Of a DNA stretch of 64,000 bases, positions 30,356-40,945 are shown piece after piece. Position numbers and translations under genes: made by a program. The number at the start of each line of letters is the position of its first letter. The stretch's first letter is position 1. The notes below the pieces were generated by a model that saw only the letters and a list, made by a program, of their open reading frames with translations, searched no databases and had not been told where the DNA came from. Origin of the DNA: a virus (Duplodnaviria; Heunggongvirae; Uroviricota; Caudoviricetes). Where the stretch lies: positions 1 through 64,000 of the IMG/VR virus record IMGVR_UViG_646311924_000007. One strand, written 5' to 3'.

Positions 30356-30790
30356 TTATGCTGTAGTCGTGTTTATGGCCATAACTGCGGTATATGTTTT
30401 GCCCACATACAGCGAGTCTTCCTGGACACAAATAATGGCGATTGGCTTGTTCTCGTTATCCAGAACAACCAGAGTGTTGAATGGGTAGTTTTTCCCTTCC
30501 TGCAACTGGCTTTGATCAAGGTCCATTCGGACAGTAATTATCCCACCTGAGTAGGTTGGCACGAGGTTGATGGTACAAAATTGGCTGGTCAGTTCTGCCA
30601 GATCGAAAGCCTTTGGCAGTTCTCCAATCTCATAAGTGCCATCTCCTTTCTTAGTAACCAGAGAACTGGTACCGAAAACGGCCTTGCTGATTAAAAATCG
30701 AGAGCCTTTGTTAATGGACGATTCAGCGCGCCGCTGATAGTAATAGTCCAACAACTGACTCTTATAGAGGTTTGTTGAGACGTCAGACAT
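30356..30790 (-). CDS. R: tail fibre structure protein R-like (144 aa)
   Basis: Synteny immediately upstream of S. Confidence 0.55.
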   Translation of the reverse strand: MSDVSTNLYKSQLLDYYYQRRAESSINKGSRFLISKAVFGTSSLVTKKGDGTYEIGELPKAFDLAELTSQFCTINLVPTYSGGIITVRMDLDQSQLQEGKNYPFNTLVVLDNENKPIAIICVQEDSLYVGKTYTAVMAINTTTA

Positions 30791-30868
30791 GATTTTCCCT
30801 AATCACTGTTGTGAAGCCTCATTGTAAGAGAAGTAACTTGTCACCCCGCCCTGCGGACGGGGTGATTG

Positions 30869-31708
30869 TCAGGCGTCGCTATCCAGCAACAAATCATCTG
30901 CGCGGGTGCGATCAAACGTAGGTGTCGCTTTCACAATAGTGCCACCAGGCGTTGCGGTGATCGGGGCGCTAATCGACGTAACTCCAGTAAGCGAAGTTGT
31001 ATCCGAAGTTTCAAACCAGCAGAATGCTTTTTCGGTATCAGAAATCTCGTTCAAAGTGATCATGTCGGCCTGTTCATTTACAACAACCGACAAATAGAGC
31101 GTAAGCCCATCAAACACTATATGCAGTGGCAGTAGAGGCTTTACGAACTGATTAAACTTTCTGAGAATTTCTTCTGTAATTGCGGACTGATCTATCGTGC
31201 CAGTAATACCCATTGTCCGGGCCAGGTCGTTTATGGGAATACTGATCATCCCTCTGGAAGTCAGAAACATCTCGCCGAATGTGCCGCCGGTAGTCTCCAA
31301 TGTGCTTTCTGGTATTAGAACTGTGCCATAGGGATGACGCTCAAGGTCCACCGGTGCATATATCGGATCCCATAAAACAGAAATACCGTTAAATTCGCGG
31401 TAAATTGTCTGGTTTATAGGACGTTCAGTTCCCTTAAAGTGGATCTCATCAAGCCGCTGTTGTAACAACATCGGAACGGAAGATGAGTCCGAGGTTCTGA
31501 TAGTAAAGAACTGGCCAAGTTCATTTGTCCTGGTCTCCAGATCCTCCTTGCTCATGGAGAAAATAGACTTCCGGTTGGTAATTCGCTCCAACCATGGGTC
31601 AACAAAGGTGTCCATCATTGACTGAACCAAATCAGCCAATGATTTATAGAGCAATGACTTTTGCTTAGCTGATGTAAGCCGGTTATTAAACCAGGAACGC
31701 TGCATCAC
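30869..31708 (-). CDS. baseplate protein (279 aa; P1 gene 16-like by position)
   Basis: Synteny in tail/baseplate block. Confidence 0.45.
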   Translation of the reverse strand: MMQRSWFNNRLTSAKQKSLLYKSLADLVQSMMDTFVDPWLERITNRKSIFSMSKEDLETRTNELGQFFTIRTSDSSSVPMLLQQRLDEIHFKGTERPINQTIYREFNGISVLWDPIYAPVDLERHPYGTVLIPESTLETTGGTFGEMFLTSRGMISIPINDLARTMGITGTIDQSAITEEILRKFNQFVKPLLPLHIVFDGLTLYLSVVVNEQADMITLNEISDTEKAFCWFETSDTTSLTGVTSISAPITATPGGTIVKATPTFDRTRADDLLLDSDA

Positions 31709-33138
31709 TCCTCCTCATACGAAATATTAAAGGTGGAGTTTTCTGTATCCAGATAAACGAAATCGTAAAAGCCGTTGGACTCATTCCACTCGACAAATTC
31801 CAGATAAAAGTCGCGGAAATAACCCAGCGTTTCGATAAACGCCCAAACGTCTTTTTTCTTAATCAGGATGTACTTCCCGACGCGGTTCGGATCAAAGAAA
31901 GTTGAGTCGCGCCCAAATTTTGTTTCCAGTGCCGACTTCAGCTCATCGGTCACATTCTCAATGGTCAGGCTTGCCGATATCCGTCCGGTGATGGTTATCT
32001 TAAATGGTAGTTTTCTGACCTCTTTATACGAGAATTTCTTGTTCAACTCATTCGGCACCTTCTTAAAGGCAGCCAGGATCATTTCTTCAAGCTCTGACTG
32101 GCTTTTATTTGGATGCCACCCTGAAATAAATATCTTATTGATATTCCGAACATTATAAGCACCATCTAATTTCTCTTGCTGGCCTTCGCCCCATGCCTTT
32201 ACCCATGACAGTCCCGGGATGTTACGCACCAGAAAATACGTATAGTCCCCGCCCCATACGACCTGATCATCATAGGCAAGGTAATATTGTGCACGATTAC
32301 GTGTGATCTCCGTTGTTTCGGCATCGGTACCTGCGGTTATGGGTGTCGTTGTCTTAACTGAAATCAAATTAGCTAAATTAGCCGCAGAATCGACAGGCGT
32401 CAGATTTTGGCCAGCAACCAAGGTTATATCTCCGTTGGTGCACCATACCTTAAGTGTAATGGTCGAGCCTTCTGGCGGTATTTGCCCAATTAGCCCATCA
32501 CCGAATCGAACCCCCAACTGCTCGGATGGTTTATAAAACTCAACGTAGACCTGGCTTTTACTTCCGGCTAACCGGAACATAGTGCTGGAAGACCACTGCG
32601 TGGTCTTACCATCGGTCGTCACGAATACTTCCAGCTTATAGCAAACAGCAGTGAGAGCCTTTGATAACACGACTTCCAGAAATTCTTTAGCTGCCGTAAC
32701 GGTATATGTCACCTCCTGGATTTCCAACTGTGCCACTTCTACCGTACCGGTGCCGTCAACCAACCTGCATACATCCATAGTCATGTAAGGATACTGGTCG
32801 TCAGATATTAAAGGCATGTTTTTGGGGATTACCGCTGGGGCATCTTCACTTGTGGCGGTGATCTCAATCATCCCCGATGACGGTGTTGGCTTGGTACCAA
32901 CGTAACTATTCGTTTCTGCCGCTGCCAGGATAGAAGAACGCCGCGTCGCGGTCGATATAAAGCCTTCAGCCAGCGCCGCATCGGCATACTGAAAGCACCT
33001 GTAGACAATCTGGGTAATAAACAATGTCAGCATCGAGACAAATTGAGAGCCGACAAACTTCGACCAGAATGAATCTTTCTCGACAAGCTCTTCAAACTCT
33101 GCACGAATACTGTCTTTAGTAGGTGTTGTTTTACTCAT
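31705..33138 (-). CDS. baseplate protein (477 aa; bplA-like by position)
   Basis: Synteny; overlapping start/stop with neighbours. Confidence 0.45.
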   Translation of the reverse strand: MSKTTPTKDSIRAEFEELVEKDSFWSKFVGSQFVSMLTLFITQIVYRCFQYADAALAEGFISTATRRSSILAAAETNSYVGTKPTPSSGMIEITATSEDAPAVIPKNMPLISDDQYPYMTMDVCRLVDGTGTVEVAQLEIQEVTYTVTAAKEFLEVVLSKALTAVCYKLEVFVTTDGKTTQWSSSTMFRLAGSKSQVYVEFYKPSEQLGVRFGDGLIGQIPPEGSTITLKVWCTNGDITLVAGQNLTPVDSAANLANLISVKTTTPITAGTDAETTEITRNRAQYYLAYDDQVVWGGDYTYFLVRNIPGLSWVKAWGEGQQEKLDGAYNVRNINKIFISGWHPNKSQSELEEMILAAFKKVPNELNKKFSYKEVRKLPFKITITGRISASLTIENVTDELKSALETKFGRDSTFFDPNRVGKYILIKKKDVWAFIETLGYFRDFYLEFVEWNESNGFYDFVYLDTENSTFNISYEEE

Positions 33139-33494
33139 AGCACCACGTCCTGTGTGATAGTTATATCCCTGATACGAATGGATATTTTCAACTTATCAAA
33201 AGCATCTCCCTCGGCTACTGACAAGCCAGAAATCGGTATGTCGGGTAAATCTACCGTCAGTTTTTGCAAAAGCATTGCCTCAACCGCAATTTGAACATGC
33301 GACAAGTTGGTCGGTTCGTGTTTAAACTGCGGTAAAACATTGCCCCATGACGGATCTCCGTATACCTCACCCTGATAAGTGTTTAGCCACTCATATAAAC
33401 GAGCGCCCCAGGCCTCCTCCTGGGACTCATACGTTTTTACGCCGGATAACTCCAGCGTCAGCAAAGGATCAATTTCGTTATTGTTGGCCATCAA
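33135..33494 (-). CDS. morphogenesis protein (119 aa)
   Basis: Synteny upstream of baseplate genes. Confidence 0.4.
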   Translation of the reverse strand: MMANNNEIDPLLTLELSGVKTYESQEEAWGARLYEWLNTYQGEVYGDPSWGNVLPQFKHEPTNLSHVQIAVEAMLLQKLTVDLPDIPISGLSVAEGDAFDKLKISIRIRDITITQDVVL

Positions 33495-36400
33495 TCAACT
33501 CTCGCGTAGTCATTCATCAACGGATCATCAATTGACAGTGGTACCGTGCGCATAACGCCCGGCTGAGGCGTGCTGACCTTTACGACAGTTCCCTGGCCTT
33601 TCGCCGAGTCTTTGGTGTGCTCTTCAATCCTGGCAAGCAATGAGGTCATCTGCGCAAACAGCCGCTTCGTTTCACCATCAAGTGAAACGGTATTATCAGC
33701 CAACTGCATTGTCGGCTTGGCACCGGAACCGCCAAGGTCACTAATAACCTGCCCGTCTATCTGCATACGACCGGTTGGTTGCTGCAAATCGTTGGCGGCA
33801 GTCGTCACCTGGGACGTGGAGGCTGGTTCAGGCGCATTATTTTTCCGCATCCCCGGCGAGTTGCGGAGTTTATCGAATAGTCCATCAATCCCCATTTGTG
33901 CGCCGAGCTGGTCAAAGTAACTTGAGTTGTTGGCCACCGGACGCGCCTCTTCAACTGGCATCGGGGTATCAACATACACATTGCCAGCTGCTGTTGCGGT
34001 CCCCTTCCCTCGTGCACGTTCTTCTAGCGTTCCCTGAACGACTTCCCGACGCATCCCCCGGCCATTCATGAATTTGTTGACCAGATCGTTAACGCCAACA
34101 GCATTGCCGATTTTGTCTACCAAACCGCCTTTCTCAAACGGGCTATCACCAGGGGTAAACGCCAGACCAGTAGACTGATCGATAACGGCGTTATCAGGTA
34201 GTGGTTCCCTCACTCCATATTGCGCCCCACCCTGTGCTCCTGCCCCAGGTGTATAGATTTCACCACCTAAATAGCGAGCACGATGAGTATTGACCTTGAT
34301 CGCGTACTCACGGTTTTCCTTCGATAAGTCACCGGTGCCTTTTTTCCACTTATTAATAGTGCCAAACCCAGCGTTATATGCAGTGATGGCCTCGTTTAAG
34401 TCTCCATTGGCTTGCTTCAGATACTTGCTCATGAGAAGAGCCGCAGCTTCTGCCGATTTCACAGGATCAAACGATTCACCTTCAGCTAAGCCAGTCTCTT
34501 CACGAGCAATGCCCGTGAACTGAAACATTCCTAGAGCACCAGTTTGTGATTTTGCGTACGGATTACCACCAGATTCAGTTGCAGCAATCGCGTAAAGAGT
34601 GCCTTCAGGAAGACCATATTTATTCTCCAGTTCAGCAAAATACGGAGCTAACTTATCGAGATTTGCCTTACCTTCAGCGCCAAGGCTTCCGACTTTTACA
34701 TCTAAGTTGCCATTATTGTAGGTATCAGCAGCTTTCTGAATGTCATTCCTGGTGCCGGTGGTATTACGCGACGATGATGACGAGCTATTTTGTCCAATAG
34801 CTGAATCAATTTTCCGCACCGCGCTATTGCCCGTTTCTACGGCATTTGCATTGATAATCTGATTGGCAGTTTCTTTAACTGTTTTATTGCTATCTTTCGC
34901 CGTGTCCAGTGCCGCATTTATCACGCGGGTAGCAATATTAGTCTGTTTAGCATCGGATTCAGTTTTAGAATCAGATGTCTCCTGGTGGCTATTAACCGGA
35001 GCTTTTAACTCTGGAGTGATTTCTTTTGCATTAGCCTCGCCGATCGGATTGGGTATTTTTGATACAATCATTGCCGCAGGGGTATTTTTAACGGCATCAA
35101 CCGCTGCATCTAATGCTTTACCGGGTAAATTTTTAACCCCATCCCAAATATTACCAGCCGCCTCTTTAATGTGTTTTCCTGGGTTCTTAATGAAGTCAAT
35201 TGCACTATCAATTGCATCACTGAAAACCTGTTTCAGGTTATCGACAGTAAAGAAGTCTTTTATGGCATCCAGCTTTTCAAGCAACTTATTAGATGTATCG
35301 CTAAACCATGCTGAAACAGCATCACCAATCTTTGCTGTGTAATCATCGAACTTGGTAGAAATGGTGTCGCCAAGGTTAGAAATATATGTTTCTAAGTTGG
35401 TAACCCCACTATCAATGGCCTGGGCAATACTTTCCGTCGAAAATGATTGCAACATATTGCCGATATCCTCAAATCCAAGTGATTTGAGAACATCACCAAT
35501 AGCACTGCTAATACCAGATACCAGTCCCCCCATATCGAGAACATTGGCTAACGTATAAGCGGCTTTTTGCTGGAATGATGGATCTTGTCCTGATTTAAGC
35601 CCAAACGCTCGACGTTGCGCTTCTGTATCATTCCAACCGGTTACCGCATCATAAATACCTCCAGCCACTGTGCCGACTAGGGGAATTGCGCGTAACGCCC
35701 CTTTACCAACTGCCTTTAATCCAAGTTTACCTGCTGCCCGGGCAGCCAAATCTCCGCCTTCATGGGCGAGAGTCTTCTTGCCACCACCGCGTAGCATTCC
35801 TACAAGTTTCTTTGCCCCCAGAGCGCCAAAAGCGAGTGCTCCAGCTTTTTTCAGCATGCCACGCCCCATTAACAACGACGCGACGCCACCGGCCCCCTTC
35901 CCTAACAGGCTAAATAGTTTGGACAGCAAGCCGCCCTTCTTTTTACCGGTGTTTTTGGCTATCTGATCAAGGGCGCGGAGAATCTTGTCATTGCCCTCTT
36001 TAATTTCGCTGGTCTGCTCCTGAAGTTCCTGAACCGTCCGTTTTTGGGTGTTAACCTGAACGACATCGGCACTATTTTGCGATTTACGCCTAAAAAAACC
36101 TTTTCTACGGCTGTTATCGTCATTGCCACGAATCACATCGGCAATAGACTTTCTGGCACCATTAAGCGATCCACCAACTTCTTTTGATATCCCGCCAAGC
36201 TCCTTCCCTGCTGCCCACAATGGACCAGCAACGGCATAACCTAACGCATCGACAGCACGAGTCTCTGAAGGGTTGCCTATGCCTTCAGCTACTTTTGACA
36301 GTTTTTTTAATAAACCTGATTCAGCATTTAGACGCTCATCATCCTCTTTGCGCCTGGCCTTTTCAGCACGTTCAGCACGGGCATCTTCCGCTGCGGCCTT

Positions 36401-36883
36401 ACTCCCTGACTTTCCAATAAAACGACCACGCGCATCGCGTTGGTTTTGGCTTTTTTGCGCACCGCCTTTTTGACCGAACATTTCGCGAGCGTGTTCGGCT
36501 GCTTCGGTCCGTTGCGCCTTTACATCTTCTGTTATAGCCTTCTTGCGTCGTTTTTTACCCTTTCGCGTAGTTGATTTGGCCTGCGGTTCCTGTAGAGCAA
36601 CATCCTCCTGAACTACACGAGAAACGTCCCCTAAATTAAGCCGTTTCATTGCCTCAACAATAGGGTCCACTGATGGCGCATTGGCCACAAAGTCTGGCCG
36701 GGAATTTTCGATTGTGCGATTTAATGCCGACACACTACGAGAGACAGGATCAACTGTAGCAACTCGCCCCCCTTTCAAATCTTCAACGGCTTCCCGAATA
36801 CCTGCAAGCTCTTCCAGCTCTTTTGCGCTGGCGGTTTCAACCGTCCTTATCACATCGTCAATGTTGGCGTTTTTTCTTTCCAT
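33491..36883 (-). CDS. sit: tape-measure-like structural injection protein with lytic transglycosylase domain (1130 aa)
   Basis: SLT-type motif region (LYAIAATESGGNPYAKSQTGALGMFQF); Ala/Gly/Lys-rich central region; size as recalled for P1 Sit. Confidence 0.8.
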   Translation of the reverse strand: MERKNANIDDVIRTVETASAKELEELAGIREAVEDLKGGRVATVDPVSRSVSALNRTIENSRPDFVANAPSVDPIVEAMKRLNLGDVSRVVQEDVALQEPQAKSTTRKGKKRRKKAITEDVKAQRTEAAEHAREMFGQKGGAQKSQNQRDARGRFIGKSGSKAAAEDARAERAEKARRKEDDERLNAESGLLKKLSKVAEGIGNPSETRAVDALGYAVAGPLWAAGKELGGISKEVGGSLNGARKSIADVIRGNDDNSRRKGFFRRKSQNSADVVQVNTQKRTVQELQEQTSEIKEGNDKILRALDQIAKNTGKKKGGLLSKLFSLLGKGAGGVASLLMGRGMLKKAGALAFGALGAKKLVGMLRGGGKKTLAHEGGDLAARAAGKLGLKAVGKGALRAIPLVGTVAGGIYDAVTGWNDTEAQRRAFGLKSGQDPSFQQKAAYTLANVLDMGGLVSGISSAIGDVLKSLGFEDIGNMLQSFSTESIAQAIDSGVTNLETYISNLGDTISTKFDDYTAKIGDAVSAWFSDTSNKLLEKLDAIKDFFTVDNLKQVFSDAIDSAIDFIKNPGKHIKEAAGNIWDGVKNLPGKALDAAVDAVKNTPAAMIVSKIPNPIGEANAKEITPELKAPVNSHQETSDSKTESDAKQTNIATRVINAALDTAKDSNKTVKETANQIINANAVETGNSAVRKIDSAIGQNSSSSSSRNTTGTRNDIQKAADTYNNGNLDVKVGSLGAEGKANLDKLAPYFAELENKYGLPEGTLYAIAATESGGNPYAKSQTGALGMFQFTGIAREETGLAEGESFDPVKSAEAAALLMSKYLKQANGDLNEAITAYNAGFGTINKWKKGTGDLSKENREYAIKVNTHRARYLGGEIYTPGAGAQGGAQYGVREPLPDNAVIDQSTGLAFTPGDSPFEKGGLVDKIGNAVGVNDLVNKFMNGRGMRREVVQGTLEERARGKGTATAAGNVYVDTPMPVEEARPVANNSSYFDQLGAQMGIDGLFDKLRNSPGMRKNNAPEPASTSQVTTAANDLQQPTGRMQIDGQVISDLGGSGAKPTMQLADNTVSLDGETKRLFAQMTSLLARIEEHTKDSAKGQGTVVKVSTPQPGVMRTVPLSIDDPLMNDYARVD

Positions 36884-36964
36884 GATCTTATCGCCTACCG
36901 CTTCGGTTTAAGTTTTTCTTCCAGTTTCTCCAACAGGAAAAACGCATAGGATTCAGTGAGACTT

Positions 36965-37846
36965 TCAGCGTCCTGAATCGGTATACCCCCATACAAAACC
37001 AGGTTGGACACTAAGGTCTGATAGCTTTTCAATCCCCACCTGTGGAATGAAGTCGGTAGCCCGAAAGGGCACCCACAGACGGGTATACGCACCCTCTGTG
37101 GACTCCTTTGTATCCTGGTTTGGGCATTTGTGCGGCGGGAGACGAAGACGCATTTCGCCTTTATCGATGTAGCACGGTAAACCATGTTCGAGCTTTTCAT
37201 GAGCCAGCCGGATGTGTGCCGCCAGCTTCATAAATTCAGTATCAATGGCCATCCGTTTGATCGTTTCATAACGACGCTCAGCCTGCTCTTCACGAGTACC
37301 GCTAACATCGTTATAAAGTTCACACTGATAAGCGAATTCCCAAAAACGCAAATCAACGATCGCTTCTTTGAATTCCGCGTCGTCTTCAGGTGGCAATGCT
37401 GCACGGCGCATCTCCAGCATTTCCATTGCCCAACCATCAAGCGGCACGATACGCCATTGATAAGGCACGCCCTCTACAGACACCTCAATATCGTCAATGA
37501 ACGGTTCCACTTCCAGGACCTGGATATCTTCAGCCAGAGCATTCATATCGCAATCGTAATAATGCTCTTTACCGCAATGTTTACAGGTGTAGGTGAATGT
37601 CTCGACCGGTGTTTCACGGGAGCCAGTAAATATCCACCATAACGCGGTAATCCGGTCCTGCGCCGTCCATGTCAGGGGATCATATTTCGCGGGTTCAGCC
37701 AGCAAGGCTTTTAAATACGCCGTTGTCTGTTGTTCTTGTTCCTCCGGTGTTATCGAGTTGAAACGCATCGCATCAGCAATATTTGGCTGACGGAACTGGA
37801 TCAATTCAGTTGGCCGCGATGGTAGCGGGAAAAGAGGTAAAAGCAT
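36965..37846 (-). CDS. morphogenesis protein (293 aa)
   Basis: Synteny (pmgB position). Confidence 0.4.
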   Translation of the reverse strand: MLLPLFPLPSRPTELIQFRQPNIADAMRFNSITPEEQEQQTTAYLKALLAEPAKYDPLTWTAQDRITALWWIFTGSRETPVETFTYTCKHCGKEHYYDCDMNALAEDIQVLEVEPFIDDIEVSVEGVPYQWRIVPLDGWAMEMLEMRRAALPPEDDAEFKEAIVDLRFWEFAYQCELYNDVSGTREEQAERRYETIKRMAIDTEFMKLAAHIRLAHEKLEHGLPCYIDKGEMRLRLPPHKCPNQDTKESTEGAYTRLWVPFRATDFIPQVGIEKLSDLSVQPGFVWGYTDSGR

Positions 37847-37860
37847 CCTTGCTCCTTAAT

Positions 37861-38472
37861 TCAAAGAGAAAAACTAAAGCCCAGAAGGGAAGCTAAAGAA
37901 CTTGAGGATTGGTTAAACGTGCTGTGCAATGCGAAGGTCATTGGGAATGACTTAAATTCCGTAACCTGATCCCGCGCATAGGTGACATCGCCGGTAGTGA
38001 CTGGGAATACCGTCATCTCATTTTCCAGTTTGGTTAAACCGGAGGACAGCAACCGATAAATACGCACATTGAGCAAATATTTAGACGGTATATTCCCGGT
38101 ACCGTCCGGATTGATCACCCGACCTTTTGCCGTCTTAAACCAGTCCAAAACGAGGCCATCAACGGTATCCCTGACCATCATTGTTATCTGCCCAGGCGAA
38201 CGCTCCGTTGGCTGAAGGATATTCCCTCCGCCGATTTTAATCGTTTCATATTCGATGCTGTAATCGTGGTAGGTAATGTCTTTAGCAAAGAAGTCTGCCC
38301 CCTCCAGACCATCAACTTCGACAGAGAACTGCCATCCTTGCGCGAACAGCATTTTGTTCATGATGATTGACGTCAGCTTACCAACTTCCCGCTCACCAAC
38401 GCCGGAGCCAAATAATGTCGTCGTTAATGCCGAAGATACATAAGACTTTACTGAAGCAACATTAAGCCCCAT
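37861..38472 (-). CDS. tail tube-like protein (203 aa)
   Basis: Synteny (tub position). Confidence 0.35.
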   Translation of the reverse strand: MGLNVASVKSYVSSALTTTLFGSGVGEREVGKLTSIIMNKMLFAQGWQFSVEVDGLEGADFFAKDITYHDYSIEYETIKIGGGNILQPTERSPGQITMMVRDTVDGLVLDWFKTAKGRVINPDGTGNIPSKYLLNVRIYRLLSSGLTKLENEMTVFPVTTGDVTYARDQVTEFKSFPMTFALHSTFNQSSSSLASLLGFSFSL

Positions 38473-38482
38473 ATCAGCCCCC

Positions 38483-39073
<591 letters not shown>

Positions 39074-39077
39074 TTAA

Positions 39078-39102
39078 CCGATTCTACGAGTAGTCATTTG
39101 TG
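39078..39102 (-). promoter_or_regulatory. putative late promoter (minus strand CACAAATGACT-N5-TAGAAT)
   Basis: Motif about 30 nt upstream of ATG at 39049. Confidence 0.4.
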
Positions 39103-39107
39103 ACAGG

Positions 39108-39611
39108 TCATTTTGCGCGCTTCAGGCAGCCATCTTCAGGTGCCGCGTTGAAAAGCTCTGCGGCCTTACGTAGCGTAAATGTTGCGATTTTTTTTCCGTC
39201 TACGTATGCATCGAATGTTTTAACTTCCATATCAGGGGTATCTGACCAAAAACCATACCAGTAACTATCACCCACAGAGGAACCGATAGAACTGATAGGA
39301 TATTCATCATCACCAACTTTCAGCGTTATTTGTTCTTTTTTAGCATCAAATGACTCACCACCTGGTTCTGTTTTCATGAGTGTGAGTAGTCGTGTTCCTA
39401 CTTGATTGGGATCCGTATTATTAAATCCAACATCGCACTCAAATGTAAGCGTATAATTATCTTTGCTGGAAACAGCATAAGAGCGAACACCATGAGTCTC
39501 GCTGGTGGACCATTTGCTTACATTTGCCATTGACGAAAAAGGAGTAAGCAAAGCAAGAATTAGAAAAAATCGTTTGATGCGCATTAATTTATCTCCTTTG
39601 TATATTAACAA
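39108..39611 (-). CDS. secreted protein with signal peptide (167 aa), sim-like position
   Basis: N-terminal signal sequence RFFLILALLTPFSSMA; located between tail block and immI. Confidence 0.5.
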   Translation of the reverse strand: MLIYKGDKLMRIKRFFLILALLTPFSSMANVSKWSTSETHGVRSYAVSSKDNYTLTFECDVGFNNTDPNQVGTRLLTLMKTEPGGESFDAKKEQITLKVGDDEYPISSIGSSVGDSYWYGFWSDTPDMEVKTFDAYVDGKKIATFTLRKAAELFNAAPEDGCLKRAK

Positions 39612-39648
39612 TTATTATCAATATTTTAATTAATTACCCATCATATAT

Positions 39649-40296
39649 TTACCATTCATAGGGTAAATTAAGCGCTTTTAAACCTTGCTGGAAGGTATTA
39701 AGTGAGCCGTTCTTTTGTTGTTCCATTTTTTCGCGTGCCGCTTTCTCATACTGCTCCATCCGTTGGTTATACTCTTGCAATTCTTCTGGAGAGAGGTTTC
39801 CCATTGGGGAGTTTGTACCCGGCCCCCTGGCCCGCTCTTCAAGCGTACCCTGAACGTTTTGATAGCGCATTCCTGGGGCATTTCTGATTGAGTCAATGCC
39901 ATTTCTTCCAACATCTTCTTTATTAACGGCATTGCTCGCCACCAGCACCCCCCAGCTAGGGATAGCAAAATCAGGAGCGGTTTCGCATGCCTTTACCATA
40001 TAATCGAAAGAGCTTCGATTGATCTCGTTTGCGTCGGGATTTAATAGGCGAGAATATTGATATTTAGCATTTTCGTTGGTTGCGACTTTATACAGTTCTT
40101 GCTGCACCATCGCTTCAGAAAGTTTAAGGCGTTTCATATCTGACAGTAACTTCTTGCGCATGGATTCGTCTTGACTGACAGCAAAGCCGTAAACGTGCCC
40201 AAGGTATTTCGTATAATCGGTACAAATCTCCTTTACGCTTGATGCTGCATTAACAGTCCCAGCCATAAATAATAACGGTAGTAATAGTTTTCTCAT
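39649..40296 (-). CDS. secreted protein with signal peptide (about 215 aa from MRKLLLPLLFMAGTVNA), sim-like position
   Basis: Signal peptide; internal segment GMR..VQGTLEERARG shared with Sit. Confidence 0.5.
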   Translation of the reverse strand: MRKLLLPLLFMAGTVNAASSVKEICTDYTKYLGHVYGFAVSQDESMRKKLLSDMKRLKLSEAMVQQELYKVATNENAKYQYSRLLNPDANEINRSSFDYMVKACETAPDFAIPSWGVLVASNAVNKEDVGRNGIDSIRNAPGMRYQNVQGTLEERARGPGTNSPMGNLSPEELQEYNQRMEQYEKAAREKMEQQKNGSLNTFQQGLKALNLPYEW

Positions 40297-40392
40297 TATA
40301 ACCTCACCTGCCTTATAACCCATTTAGGGTACATATTTTCGCCTTTAAAAAAAAGAGGTTATTAGATCCAATTGTGTATTTATTAAGCATAT

Positions 40393-40409
40393 AATGCTCT
40401 AATAAATTT
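40393..40409 (+). promoter_or_regulatory. C1 operator (AATGCTCTAATAAATTT) upstream of immI
   Basis: 16/17 match to consensus. Confidence 0.7.
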
Positions 40410-40609
40410 GTATTTTTAAGTCGCGAATGCTATCTTTTCGCATCATATTGACCTTTTAATCGTTCAGGCTTATAGTTCCGCCGTCGTAGCAAATTCTGCG
40501 ACCGGGTTTAGCAGCCTGAATGATTGTGCGGACAGCCGCAGATATCCGATATTGCGGTATTTTTGTGTCCGTAAAACCGCGTTACGCCCAAATTATGGTG
40601 GGGCGTGAT

Positions 40610-40690
40610 GGGGAGGCTTCGGCCTGCTGGTTTCACAATCGCCAGTCTGCTAACCCCGTCACGTCCTGCCACCTGTTTAGCAGCGGGTAG
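40610..40690 (+). ncRNA. c4: c4 antisense immunity RNA (approximate bounds)
   Basis: Lies directly upstream of icd; contains CACAATC complementary to GATTGTG at 40522-40528 and 40706-40712 (overlapping the icd RBS); internal stem CTGCTAA/TTAGCAG. Confidence 0.6.
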
Positions 40691-40723
40691 CAGGTTGTTA
40701 AACCTGATTGTGAGGCCGTAACT

Positions 40724-40945
40724 ATGGTTAATGCCAATCCTTGCGCACGCCAAGAATTCATCTGGCGTTTCTATTCCTGTAAAAAACACCACTATCACTT
40801 CGTTATCGCAGCAACAGAAGACGAAGCACGCTCTCAATTGCCTGATGGCCCCTGCATTTTTACTGCCCGTTTTTCAACTAACTCGCGCAATTCACTTAGT
40901 TACTGGAACCTCCCCTTCTCTGCCGACGTTCAGGGGGGTTTATGA
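40724..40945 (+). CDS. icd: Icd (interference with cell division), 73 aa
   Basis: 73-aa ORF between c4 and ant with ATGA overlap to ant; matches P1 icd organisation. Confidence 0.8.
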   Translation: MVNANPCARQEFIWRFYSCKKHHYHFVIAATEDEARSQLPDGPCIFTARFSTNSRNSLSYWNLPFSADVQGGL

